DNA of 64,000 nucleotides, from NCBI GenBank assembly GCA_963721085.1, contig CAVRHW010000031.1, forward strand, positions 65,782 through 129,781. Reading direction: 5' to 3'. Shown here piece after piece: positions 7,951 to 16,398 of the stretch. Position 1 is the first letter of the stretch. Each line of letters opens with the position of its first letter. The notes under the pieces were generated by a model, which worked only from the letters and a program-made list of their open reading frames with translations, had not been told where the DNA came from and ran no database searches. The position numbers and the translations under genes were made by a program. This stretch comes from an uncultured Gammaproteobacteria bacterium (lineage in GTDB: Bacteria; Pseudomonadota; Gammaproteobacteria; SZUA-229).

Positions 7951-9868
7951 GGCAAACATCTGTTTCGGTTGAATCCAGGAACGGTGACTGCGGGCACTGC
8001 ACAAACCGCAGGTGTATACCCATTGGCGCAAGATTATCGGCGCGCATCGCTGCCGGTGCATTATTGATGGTGCCCAGTATTGCACTGGCATTGTTCAGGC
8101 CAAGAAATGAAACCATGTCATCCTGATCGACGCCATCGCCGGAAACACCAATGCCGCCGACCAGAATATTGCCACGATAAATCGGCACGCTACCTGGAAA
8201 CACCTGCATGCCATTGGCAAGTCGGCTCAGCGTGGTACAGTTTTGCGGCGCATCCGGGCCGCCACCTTTGACATAAACCACGTGCTGAATAACGCGGTTC
8301 ATCACCAGGTCAAGCTGCATACCGTCGGAAAACGGGCTCCATTCGCTGATCGGTTTGCTAAACGGGCCGTTGACCGAACCAACCGTGCCGTCCGGAAAAA
8401 ACGGGCGCGACAGATTGCCGCCGGAACGGTCGGCAAAGGCATATGCACCATCGGCCAGTGCGGTCGGTGCGCCGAGAAAATTTCGCACCGCAGACACATA
8501 ATCAGCAATGCTGATCTGGATGCCGCTCGGGCTCGCATCCGGATTTCTATAAATCGTGTTCGGTACCGCGCTCAGTTCAGCCGCGCCGTGGGTGCCGGAA
8601 AAAAAAGTTGCGGTGCGCGCTTTCTGCAGAGACACGTCGGTACCGAACACCGGGCCATCACGCGTGCGCGCAATACCCAGTATTTTGCCATTGGTATCAA
8701 CCACCGACACGGTGACGCGCGCCTGGCTGCCCAGCGGCCGGCGAATTTGTGAACGCGCGCGATTTGCGACTGCCAGCGCACTGCTGATCAGCTGTTTCAC
8801 TTCGCTGGCAGACAATGCATTCGCGCCATCACTGCCCGCAGTCGGCGGGAAGCGATTCACATTGCTGTTATCGACCAGCACAAAAGCATCCAGCCCGGGA
8901 TAATCAACCGGGTCTGCGCGTATCCCCGAATCGGGCTGACCAAAGGCCTTGCCATCGATCACTGCGCCTGCGGTATAACCGGTCACTGCCTGCAGACTGC
9001 CTGCACTGCCATCGATGCTGGCAAAACTGGGCGCATTGCCCGGCGTTGTCGCCAGGTCAGAAAAATCGACGTCAGAGAACCGCGCCACCTTGCCGTCCAG
9101 TGTAATCTTTTCTCTGCGATCAACCGGCGCGGCAAAACCATAACTGCCGGCGACTGCAATCAGTTCATCGATATTGCGATCGCGATCGTTGGTATTCAGA
9201 TCCAGTCCATAGACACCATCCGCAATCACACCAATACCACCGACCAGCGCGCCGTTTTTATATAAAGGCAGACCACCGGGGTCGGCGGACAAACCCAGCG
9301 GCGTGCGATGCGGTCCGGCATCTGCACCTGCGCTAAAGCGCGTATTCAGATCCGAACAGGGTAAATTACTGAACTGCACGCCGAACAAAGGGCCGCCCGG
9401 CTGGCCGGTTTCACCTGGATTAAAATGTTCCTGCACGATCTGGCTGGCGGTTCGCGTACTAAAGGCATTGCCTTCGGATGACAGATAGGCACCTGTCATC
9501 GCTTTTGAAATCGCGGCCAGGGTATCCGGGATCACATTGATGCCTTCCAGACCACCGCTGACATTGCGTCCCGAATCAATGGTGATATCGGTCGATGCCG
9601 AATTCATTCTGAATACCGCGAGCACGTTGCCCACGCGATCGACAACCGCAATGGTCCCCGCAACGCCCTGCGCCTGCGCTTCTGTCACCGCCTGAGCAAT
9701 AATGGTTTCGGTTTCGGCAACACTGAGAAAACTGCTGGCATTGGTGCAGCTACCGTTGCACTCTACTGCTCCCGCGCCGGTACCTGCTGTCGAATCACCA
9801 TTGCCACTGCTGCAGGAGAGCAGAACACTCAGCACACCAAAACAACCGGCTTTGAGAATGCTATTCAT
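7940..9868 (-). CDS. lipoprotein with two GlcG/HbpS-like (DUF336, haem-binding/degrading family) domains
   Basis: Frame of ORF 7940..9883. ATG at 9868 gives MNSILKAGCFGVLSVLLSC-SS (lipobox LLSC). There are two copies of the DUF336 signature: PLYKNGALVGGIGVIADG, and PIYRGNILVGGIGVSGDGVDQDDMVS preceded by VVDRVGNVLAVFRM / VVDTNGKILGIARTRDG. The start overlaps the upstream stop by 8 nt. Confidence 0.7.
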   Translation of the reverse strand: MNSILKAGCFGVLSVLLSCSSGNGDSTAGTGAGAVECNGSCTNASSFLSVAETETIIAQAVTEAQAQGVAGTIAVVDRVGNVLAVFRMNSASTDITIDSGRNVSGGLEGINVIPDTLAAISKAMTGAYLSSEGNAFSTRTASQIVQEHFNPGETGQPGGPLFGVQFSNLPCSDLNTRFSAGADAGPHRTPLGLSADPGGLPLYKNGALVGGIGVIADGVYGLDLNTNDRDRNIDELIAVAGSYGFAAPVDRREKITLDGKVARFSDVDFSDLATTPGNAPSFASIDGSAGSLQAVTGYTAGAVIDGKAFGQPDSGIRADPVDYPGLDAFVLVDNSNVNRFPPTAGSDGANALSASEVKQLISSALAVANRARSQIRRPLGSQARVTVSVVDTNGKILGIARTRDGPVFGTDVSLQKARTATFFSGTHGAAELSAVPNTIYRNPDASPSGIQISIADYVSAVRNFLGAPTALADGAYAFADRSGGNLSRPFFPDGTVGSVNGPFSKPISEWSPFSDGMQLDLVMNRVIQHVVYVKGGGPDAPQNCTTLSRLANGMQVFPGSVPIYRGNILVGGIGVSGDGVDQDDMVSFLGLNNASAILGTINNAPAAMRADNLAPMGIHLRFVQCPQSPFLDSTETDVCHGK

Positions 9869-11561
9869 TGTTCGTACGCACATCGCTGTTGCCCATCAGC
9901 AAAGTGTCGGGCTCATGAAATTTATGACAGGTAATACAGGTCGATGCCAGCTTGTCGCTACTATGCGCACCGCCGTGGCAGTCGCGACAGACCTTGATTC
10001 CTGGCAACAACACATCTTCACTGCTCTTTGACTCTTTCGCCTTATGGCAGTCTTCGCATTTTGAATTGCGATGCGCGCGATGATCAAATTCACCCTTGCT
10101 GAACCAGCGCTGCGAAATATGCACCTTTGGAATTCGCCAGCCATATTCTGCAGTCGGGTCACGCATCACCTTGTGGCACAGATTGCAGCTACGAAACTCG
10201 ATCACTTCTTCTTTAACATCGGCGGCCTTGTCTTTTGCCCAGGCCATCGCGGTTTTCATTTCTTTCGGTGTTAATGTTTTTCCCGGAATGCGTCTTTTCC
10301 TGACGATGTCGGGCGCCGGGAAATCGGTGTCCTGATAATTTCCCCTCAGCGCCATGAATGCGTAAAACTCATTTAACATCGAGGTCATGGTGCCCAGGTC
10401 GGCGTGAGGCAATTGTCGATCGGGAGCGTTCTGATCAAAGTCCAGGCGATGACATTCCTGACAGTGCACTTCCATCTGGATGGGCAGCATATAATTGCCA
10501 CTGGCATCGGTTTGATGACAGCTGCTGCAATTGAGCACCCGGTTTCCTGTCGGACTATCCACACCATTTACATCGAGATGCACCTTGTGTGAAAAAATCA
10601 GCCCGGTTTCCTGTTTAAGCCCGGGTGTATCCAGACTGACACGGTGCCACACCGGTTTACCGATACCCGGGTCGATATCAGTTAGCAGACGCGGCCGGAA
10701 CTCGACATGATGTTTTCCAAAATCTTCAATATCAGCCAGTTTTGTTTCTGTTAGCTTGCTCAAATGCTCATGACAGTTGCTGCATAAAGCCTGATCCTGT
10801 CTTACCAGAAATGCTGTGCCCTTGTGTTCCTGATGACAGTCGGTACAGCTGGCATGTGTTAATTGCCTGATATTGAATATCTCGGGGTCCGCATGTACCG
10901 TGACATCTTTATGGCATGCGAGACAGGCCGCGTTTTTTACTTTTTGAAATGGTTTTACATGGCAGGCATTGCAGTTACTGGCGAAATGTTTGTGCTGCGA
11001 ACTGATTTCACCACTCAGCCAGAGACCGTCATCAGGTGCAACCGGTATTTTGTGCAACAGCTTGCCTGTGTCCTGATTAAAAAATCCGGCCATAGGGACA
11101 ATAAGGCATAATAGCAATATCAGCACGAAGCCAGTCCAGGCAGCACGACGCCGACTTAACCAGGTGTCTTCCAGCTTTCTTGCCGTCTGGTGCTCACTCT
11201 GAACATCAACAATGTCGTCGTATACCTGCTCGACGGTAATGTCGATATCAATGGGTGCAGCGCCAGGTTCGACCGTAATCCTGTAAGGACCCACCTGTAT
11301 TTCGCCGCGCCCTTTGAACGAACCGCTTTGCGAAAAACGGCCGTTAACATGAAGCCCGGCCTTGCTCAGCGAAGTAACACCAACCTGGCCATTTCCCGCA
11401 ACGGTGAGCTGCGCGTGCTGGTAAGCCACACCCAGATCGGAAAGAAAAATGTCCTGGTCGGTCGCACGGCCGATACTGATGACCGCTTTATTGAGCACCT
11501 GTTCATTCTGAACAATTGTGCCTTTGCGTTTATGAACAATATGACGAATACGTGTTTGCAT
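9861..11561 (-). CDS. FHA-domain, single-pass membrane-anchored decahaem c-type cytochrome
   Basis: 566 aa. The N-terminal ~100 aa are FHA-like (ISIGRATDQDIFLSDLGVAYQHAQL...LHVNGR). A positive-inside TM follows (SRRRAAWTGFVLILLLCLIVPMAGFF). Then ten CXXCH motifs: CNACH, CLACH, CTDCH, CSNCH, CSSCH, CQECH, CNLCH, CEDCH, CRDCH, CITCH. Confidence 0.85.
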   Translation of the reverse strand: MQTRIRHIVHKRKGTIVQNEQVLNKAVISIGRATDQDIFLSDLGVAYQHAQLTVAGNGQVGVTSLSKAGLHVNGRFSQSGSFKGRGEIQVGPYRITVEPGAAPIDIDITVEQVYDDIVDVQSEHQTARKLEDTWLSRRRAAWTGFVLILLLCLIVPMAGFFNQDTGKLLHKIPVAPDDGLWLSGEISSQHKHFASNCNACHVKPFQKVKNAACLACHKDVTVHADPEIFNIRQLTHASCTDCHQEHKGTAFLVRQDQALCSNCHEHLSKLTETKLADIEDFGKHHVEFRPRLLTDIDPGIGKPVWHRVSLDTPGLKQETGLIFSHKVHLDVNGVDSPTGNRVLNCSSCHQTDASGNYMLPIQMEVHCQECHRLDFDQNAPDRQLPHADLGTMTSMLNEFYAFMALRGNYQDTDFPAPDIVRKRRIPGKTLTPKEMKTAMAWAKDKAADVKEEVIEFRSCNLCHKVMRDPTAEYGWRIPKVHISQRWFSKGEFDHRAHRNSKCEDCHKAKESKSSEDVLLPGIKVCRDCHGGAHSSDKLASTCITCHKFHEPDTLLMGNSDVRTNNE

Positions 11562-11575
11562 GCTCTATTCGCCAG

Positions 11576-12472
11576 CTACCAGTAGAAAAATACGGAAATA
11601 ATATGCGCAATCAATGCCGCAAGCAGCGCAAATGACAGGGGCACATGAATGTACAGCCAGAGATCAAGATAGGCTTTATACTGCATATCACGACGTAGCT
11701 GCTCAACCAGGCGCTCTTTCTGGCCAATCAATAAATCAGTGAGCTGCAACATCGTCGCGCCGGTGTCGTCACTTTCTTTTGCAATACGGCTCGCCATAAA
11801 CGCCATGGTGCTATCAAGATCGCGTTTCTCCATTTTTTCCTGCTGATATTTTGCTTCCTGCACCAGCCCCTGCAGATCATCCGATTTTTTGCTGCCAAAC
11901 ACGATGTCAAAAACACTGCCGCCGAGACGCGTGCGCTGAATACTTTTCAACACGCGTTCGTGGGTTTCGGGATTAATTTCGCTGGCCAGCACAAGTGCCT
12001 GTCGGTCGATGTCCTGTATCTGGCGAATTAAAGAGTCGGGTGAAGATTCGCCACGGTTGTCGGTCATCAATGTCGGAAAATGCAGGTAACAATAAACGCC
12101 GTAAATGCCACTGAAAATAACCAGCATCATCAGCACGTAGGCCAGGGTGTGAACATTCCAGCCAAACTGGAACCCGGTGTGCAAGGTCGCGAGCACGATC
12201 AGCGCCAGCCCGAGATACACATGCGCCGACAACCAGCCCGCAGCGGTGCCCATGCTGGAGCGATAGCGACGTTTGCGTATACCGAACCACATCAACCAGA
12301 CAATCAATAACGCCGATATCGTGCCCAGGGTGTAACCCAGCCAGGTGCCGCCATTCGGCGGCATGGTGGGATTATCCAGCGCATAGGCCAGAATAGCGCC
12401 TGTGCACAGCGCCACGCTCCACCAGAGATAGCGCGAGCCACGGTAACTGAGGATTGTCTGGTGCATCGCCAT
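11576..12472 (-). CDS. integral membrane protein with two His-x13-His helices (candidate dihaem b-type transmembrane electron carrier)
   Basis: Frame of ORF 11576..12589. ATG at 12472 lies 2 nt after the upstream stop. I read about five hydrophobic helices. One is SAHVYLGLALIVLATLHTGF and another is YIHVPLSFALLAALIAHIISVFFYW, each with His at i and i+14. A ~120-aa polar loop lies between helices 4 and 5. Confidence 0.7.
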   Translation of the reverse strand: MAMHQTILSYRGSRYLWWSVALCTGAILAYALDNPTMPPNGGTWLGYTLGTISALLIVWLMWFGIRKRRYRSSMGTAAGWLSAHVYLGLALIVLATLHTGFQFGWNVHTLAYVLMMLVIFSGIYGVYCYLHFPTLMTDNRGESSPDSLIRQIQDIDRQALVLASEINPETHERVLKSIQRTRLGGSVFDIVFGSKKSDDLQGLVQEAKYQQEKMEKRDLDSTMAFMASRIAKESDDTGATMLQLTDLLIGQKERLVEQLRRDMQYKAYLDLWLYIHVPLSFALLAALIAHIISVFFYW

Positions 12473-12474
12473 GT

Positions 12475-14886
12475 TTATGAGCGCCCTGCGTAGTTCGCCA
12501 GCTGATCCGGCTTGATGCGTATCGCGGCACCGGTCGGGCAGGCGCGCACACAGGCCGCACCACCGCTGAGGTCTTTGCACATATCGCACTTCACTGCTTT
12601 TTTCACCGCCTCGCTATCTTTTTTGCCATAGCCTTTGGGCGCCTGGCCGGGGCCGGGGCCAATACCGAACAACAACCATGGGATCAGGCCCGGTTTTTTC
12701 GGTGGCTTTGTCGCCATCTGGATCACACCGTAGGGACAGTTGCGCTGACAGTTACCGCATCCGATACAGTTATCGGCAACATACACTTCGCCGTCGGGCG
12801 CACGCTTGATCGCATCGGGAGGACAATCCTTCATGCAGTGCGGATGCTCGCAATGACGACATGAAGTCGGCACATGAATCGCCGCATAGGTGGGGCCGGC
12901 TTCACGATCCAGCCGCGAGGTTCCATCGTGCGTTTCCGCGCAGGCTTTTTCACAATTGTCGCAACGAATGCACAGGGACTCATCGATCAATAATACATCG
13001 GTGGCTTCGCCAACCCCCTGGCTGACCAGGAAGGAAATAATGCTGTTGCCACCCTGCTGCTGCATGCGCAGATTATTTGAAACACGCTGCTTGTATTCTT
13101 TTTCGATGTTGCGCCTGAGCGCCTCATCCTGTTCGAGCAGATAACGAAACTCATCCGCGCCCAGTTCGATGGTTTCGGTCGCCGTGGCTGCGCGCACGGT
13201 TGCCGTACGGCGGCTTTTACCCATGATGCCCATTTCACCAACATAGTTGCCCGCGGGCAGATACGACATCACCACTTCGTGTTCGCCAAGACGGCGCGAA
13301 ATTGTTACCGATCCTCGCCGGATCACATGAAAGCTTTCTGCTTCATCGCCTTCATTAAACAATACTTCACCAGCGCGATATGACTGCAGTTTTGCCTTTT
13401 TGGCAATTGTTGCCAGGCTCTGAATCGGTGTGGTATTGGCAAATCGCGTCTGCAGGGTGCGCACAATAAACGCTTCGTCAATCGTGCGCTTCACCGACTC
13501 GACAGAGCTGATCAATTTATTCATCGAGCGCCGAGGCGTTTCGATCAACACACATTTTTTGCCTGCGCGTATGGTTGCCGAGCGACGACGACCAGACAAT
13601 AAACTCATTTCACCGAAAAACTGGCCCGGGGTTAACGCAATTGTTTTGTCAGGATCGTTCTCATCGATTTCAATCAGCACTTCACCGCTGATAATGCAGA
13701 AAAATGTATTGGTGTAATCATTTTTACGAAAAATATAATCGCCCGGGGAAGCAACATATATTTCACTGTCGAGAAAAAACTCACGTAACTGCAGAACCGT
13801 GAGGCCAGAAAGCAACGGCACTATCTTTCTGATTGAGCGTAATGCCTGGTTTACTGCGGGCTTGCCGGGTATTTTTTCAAACCGCGCCTTAAGCAAAGGC
13901 TCGTCTGCGGGCTCGACCGGATTGCCCTCAATGTATTCGACAACTTCGTATCCCTGGTTCATACATTGCTTGATCAGGGGGTAGCCGCCCAGCGCACCAA
14001 TAATATAAATGCCGGGCACATTGCTTTCGTATTGATCGGACAACTCGGGCACTGCACCGATATCTGCATTCGGAAAACGAATGCCGCAGGATTCAATGAA
14101 CTTGCGCGGCGGAATCGCGCCAAGACGTGCGATGATGCGATCGAAAGGCACTTCCGCTTCGCCTTCGGGTGTTTCCAGCACCAGTACGGCTTTTTGCGCG
14201 GCACCTTCGGGGCTCTGTTCGATGCGTACCGAATTGGCCTGATAAAAACATTCGATCACGCCTTTTTCGATCTTGTCGAGTATCGCGGCATTGTTCGCTT
14301 CCTTGGCGCGGGTGAACTCGGGCTGGCGATTCACTATATATACCGTATTGTGGCCACATAGCGCGAGCGCGTTTTCGATACCGGCATCGCCGCCGCCAAT
14401 GACAACAATATGTTCATCTTCGTATTCGTCAGGATCGTCCAGGGTGTATTGCACCAGTGGCGCTGCTTCCCCGGGAATACACAGCATACGTGGATTTCCC
14501 TGCACCCCCACGGCCAGAACGATATGCTCGGCGCGGATGGTTTCACCCTGTTTCAGGCTGATTTCGAATCCACCCTTGCTGCCACTGATCGCCGAAACTT
14601 CAGCATTGCATTTGAGATTGACCCGATGCGTGTCGATTCCGTGTTGCCAGGTATCCAGGACTTCTTCTCGTTTGGCGGCGGTGAACTTGATCGGACTGCG
14701 CAGCGGCAGCACACGCGGTTCGTCCATCACGTGCTTGCCTTTCTGGTAGTGGAATATGGTGTTACAGATATGAGGTTCAGCTTCGAGCAATATATGGTTA
14801 ATGCCCAGTTCTGCGGCACGTGAAGCCGCGCTCAGGCCACCGGGGCCCGAACCGATGATGGCGATTCGATAGTTGTTACCACCCAT
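12475..14886 (-). CDS. fusion protein: FAD/NAD(P)-binding pyridine-nucleotide-disulfide-oxidoreductase-like domain + two cyclic-nucleotide-binding domains + four-cluster [4Fe-4S] ferredoxin domain
   Basis: 803 aa.
- N-terminus: IAIIGSGPGGLSAA (dinucleotide fold) and a second GGGDAGIENA.
- Two cNMP signatures: FGEMSLLSGRRRSATIRA and VGEMGIMGKSRRTATVRA.
- C-terminal cluster motifs: CIRCDNCEKAC, CRHCEHPHCMKDCP, CIGCGNCQRNCP, CDMCKD...CVRACP.
- No signal peptide or TM. Confidence 0.85.
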   Translation of the reverse strand: MGGNNYRIAIIGSGPGGLSAASRAAELGINHILLEAEPHICNTIFHYQKGKHVMDEPRVLPLRSPIKFTAAKREEVLDTWQHGIDTHRVNLKCNAEVSAISGSKGGFEISLKQGETIRAEHIVLAVGVQGNPRMLCIPGEAAPLVQYTLDDPDEYEDEHIVVIGGGDAGIENALALCGHNTVYIVNRQPEFTRAKEANNAAILDKIEKGVIECFYQANSVRIEQSPEGAAQKAVLVLETPEGEAEVPFDRIIARLGAIPPRKFIESCGIRFPNADIGAVPELSDQYESNVPGIYIIGALGGYPLIKQCMNQGYEVVEYIEGNPVEPADEPLLKARFEKIPGKPAVNQALRSIRKIVPLLSGLTVLQLREFFLDSEIYVASPGDYIFRKNDYTNTFFCIISGEVLIEIDENDPDKTIALTPGQFFGEMSLLSGRRRSATIRAGKKCVLIETPRRSMNKLISSVESVKRTIDEAFIVRTLQTRFANTTPIQSLATIAKKAKLQSYRAGEVLFNEGDEAESFHVIRRGSVTISRRLGEHEVVMSYLPAGNYVGEMGIMGKSRRTATVRAATATETIELGADEFRYLLEQDEALRRNIEKEYKQRVSNNLRMQQQGGNSIISFLVSQGVGEATDVLLIDESLCIRCDNCEKACAETHDGTSRLDREAGPTYAAIHVPTSCRHCEHPHCMKDCPPDAIKRAPDGEVYVADNCIGCGNCQRNCPYGVIQMATKPPKKPGLIPWLLFGIGPGPGQAPKGYGKKDSEAVKKAVKCDMCKDLSGGAACVRACPTGAAIRIKPDQLANYAGRS

Positions 14887-15148
14887 GAAGTACTATCCTT
14901 ACGCGCCTTGAGTTTAATCAGGGGCAACTTGTTATTATTATCGATCCAGCTTTTTGCCTGATCACAGAAGGTAAAGAATGGCATAGTTCCCTATTCGGCA
15001 CAAATATTTCATCTTTATATATGAAGCCTGTCAAATAATGGCGGCCTGGTTCTCAACCTGTCTGCACATTACCGATAATCGTACCCCACTATTGCCAAAT
15101 GCGCTGAACCGCGACAAGCTTGTTGCCGCCACAACAGAAGAGAGCGCA

Positions 15149-16378
15149 ATGCTGGTCAATATCTGGTTTGGATTTTTTGTCGCCGCTTTTATCGCCGCGC
15201 TGTATCAATGGCTGGGACTCGGTCACGCTGATATTTTCAGTCAACTCATCCAGTCCAGCTTCGATATGGCCGCACTCAGCGTTAATGTGGCCATTGGCCT
15301 GATCGGGGTACTCTGCTTCTGGCTGGGTCTGTTCAAAATCGCGGAAAATTCGGGGCTGATCAATATATTGTCACGCGCGCTCGAGCCGCTGTTTCTCAAA
15401 CTCATGCCCGATGTCCCGCGCGGTCATCCTGCGCACGGCAGCATGACCATGAACATCGCCGCCAACATGCTCGGCCTCGATAACGCGGCCACCCCGATGG
15501 GCCTGAAGGCCATGCAGGATCTGCAAACACTCAACCCCAGCAGTGATACCGCGAGCAATGCACAAATTCTGTTTCTGGTGATCAATGCCTCTTCGGTTAC
15601 GCTGTTACCTGTGACTATATTTATGTATCGCGCGCAGCAGGGCTCGAGCGATCCGACCGCAGTGTTCATTCCGATTTTACTGGCGACCACCGCATCGACC
15701 CTGACCGGTCTGCTTTCGGTGGCCTGGGTGCAGAAAATAAACCTGTTCAATCGTGTGGTGCTGAGCTATTTCACCGGTTTTGCGCTGCTCATGGCGGGAC
15801 TCACCAGCTGGCTGCTCAGCCTGCCTGCGGCAGAGATGGCGAGCCAGTCTTCATTGCTGGGTAATCTGATTTTGTTCAGCCTGATCATGCTGTTTCTGGG
15901 CTGGGGCTGGTTCAAAAAAAATAATATCTATGATGATTTCATCGACGGCGCCAAACAGGGTTTTGAAGTCGCGGTCAAACTGATCCCGTACCTGGTCGCG
16001 ATGCTGGTCGCGATCGGCCTGTTGCGCACCAGCGGCGTACTCGATGGCGCGGTCTGGTTGCTGGACAAGGGATTCTCCGCGCTCGGTATCAACACCGATT
16101 TTATCCAGGCATTACCCACCGCGCTGATGAAACCACTTAGCGGCAGCGGCGCACGCGCGATGATGCTGGAAACCATGCATCACTTCGGTGTGGATTCTTT
16201 TCCTGCCACGGTGTCGGCCATCATGCAGGGCAGCACCGAAACCACCTTCTATGTACTGGCAGTTTACTTCGGCAGCGTCGGCATCAAACACGTGCGCCAC
16301 ACTCTGGCCTGTGCCTTGCTCGCTGACCTTGCCGGTATCACGGTCGCAATACTCGCAGGCTACTGGTTTTTTCATTAA
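15149..16378 (+). CDS. nucleoside-recognition (Gate) domain membrane protein, fused SpmA/SpmB-like
   Basis: Frame of ORF 15038..16378. ATG 15149 is preceded by gaagagag. The sequence MLVNIWFGFF...NMLGLDNAATPMGLKAMQDLQ...TASNAQILFLVINASSVTLLP matches the SpmA-type pattern, and the second half is SpmB-like. Confidence 0.75.
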   Translation: MLVNIWFGFFVAAFIAALYQWLGLGHADIFSQLIQSSFDMAALSVNVAIGLIGVLCFWLGLFKIAENSGLINILSRALEPLFLKLMPDVPRGHPAHGSMTMNIAANMLGLDNAATPMGLKAMQDLQTLNPSSDTASNAQILFLVINASSVTLLPVTIFMYRAQQGSSDPTAVFIPILLATTASTLTGLLSVAWVQKINLFNRVVLSYFTGFALLMAGLTSWLLSLPAAEMASQSSLLGNLILFSLIMLFLGWGWFKKNNIYDDFIDGAKQGFEVAVKLIPYLVAMLVAIGLLRTSGVLDGAVWLLDKGFSALGINTDFIQALPTALMKPLSGSGARAMMLETMHHFGVDSFPATVSAIMQGSTETTFYVLAVYFGSVGIKHVRHTLACALLADLAGITVAILAGYWFFH

Positions 16379-16398
16379 ACGCGTCACAGGAGACTCAT

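Noticed and set aside
14887-15148. CRP/FNR-type site in the divergent promoter region of the cytochrome operon
   Set aside because: TGTGATCAGGC... has only one convincing half-site. No symmetric TGTGA-N6-TCACA or TTGAT-N4-ATCAA is present.
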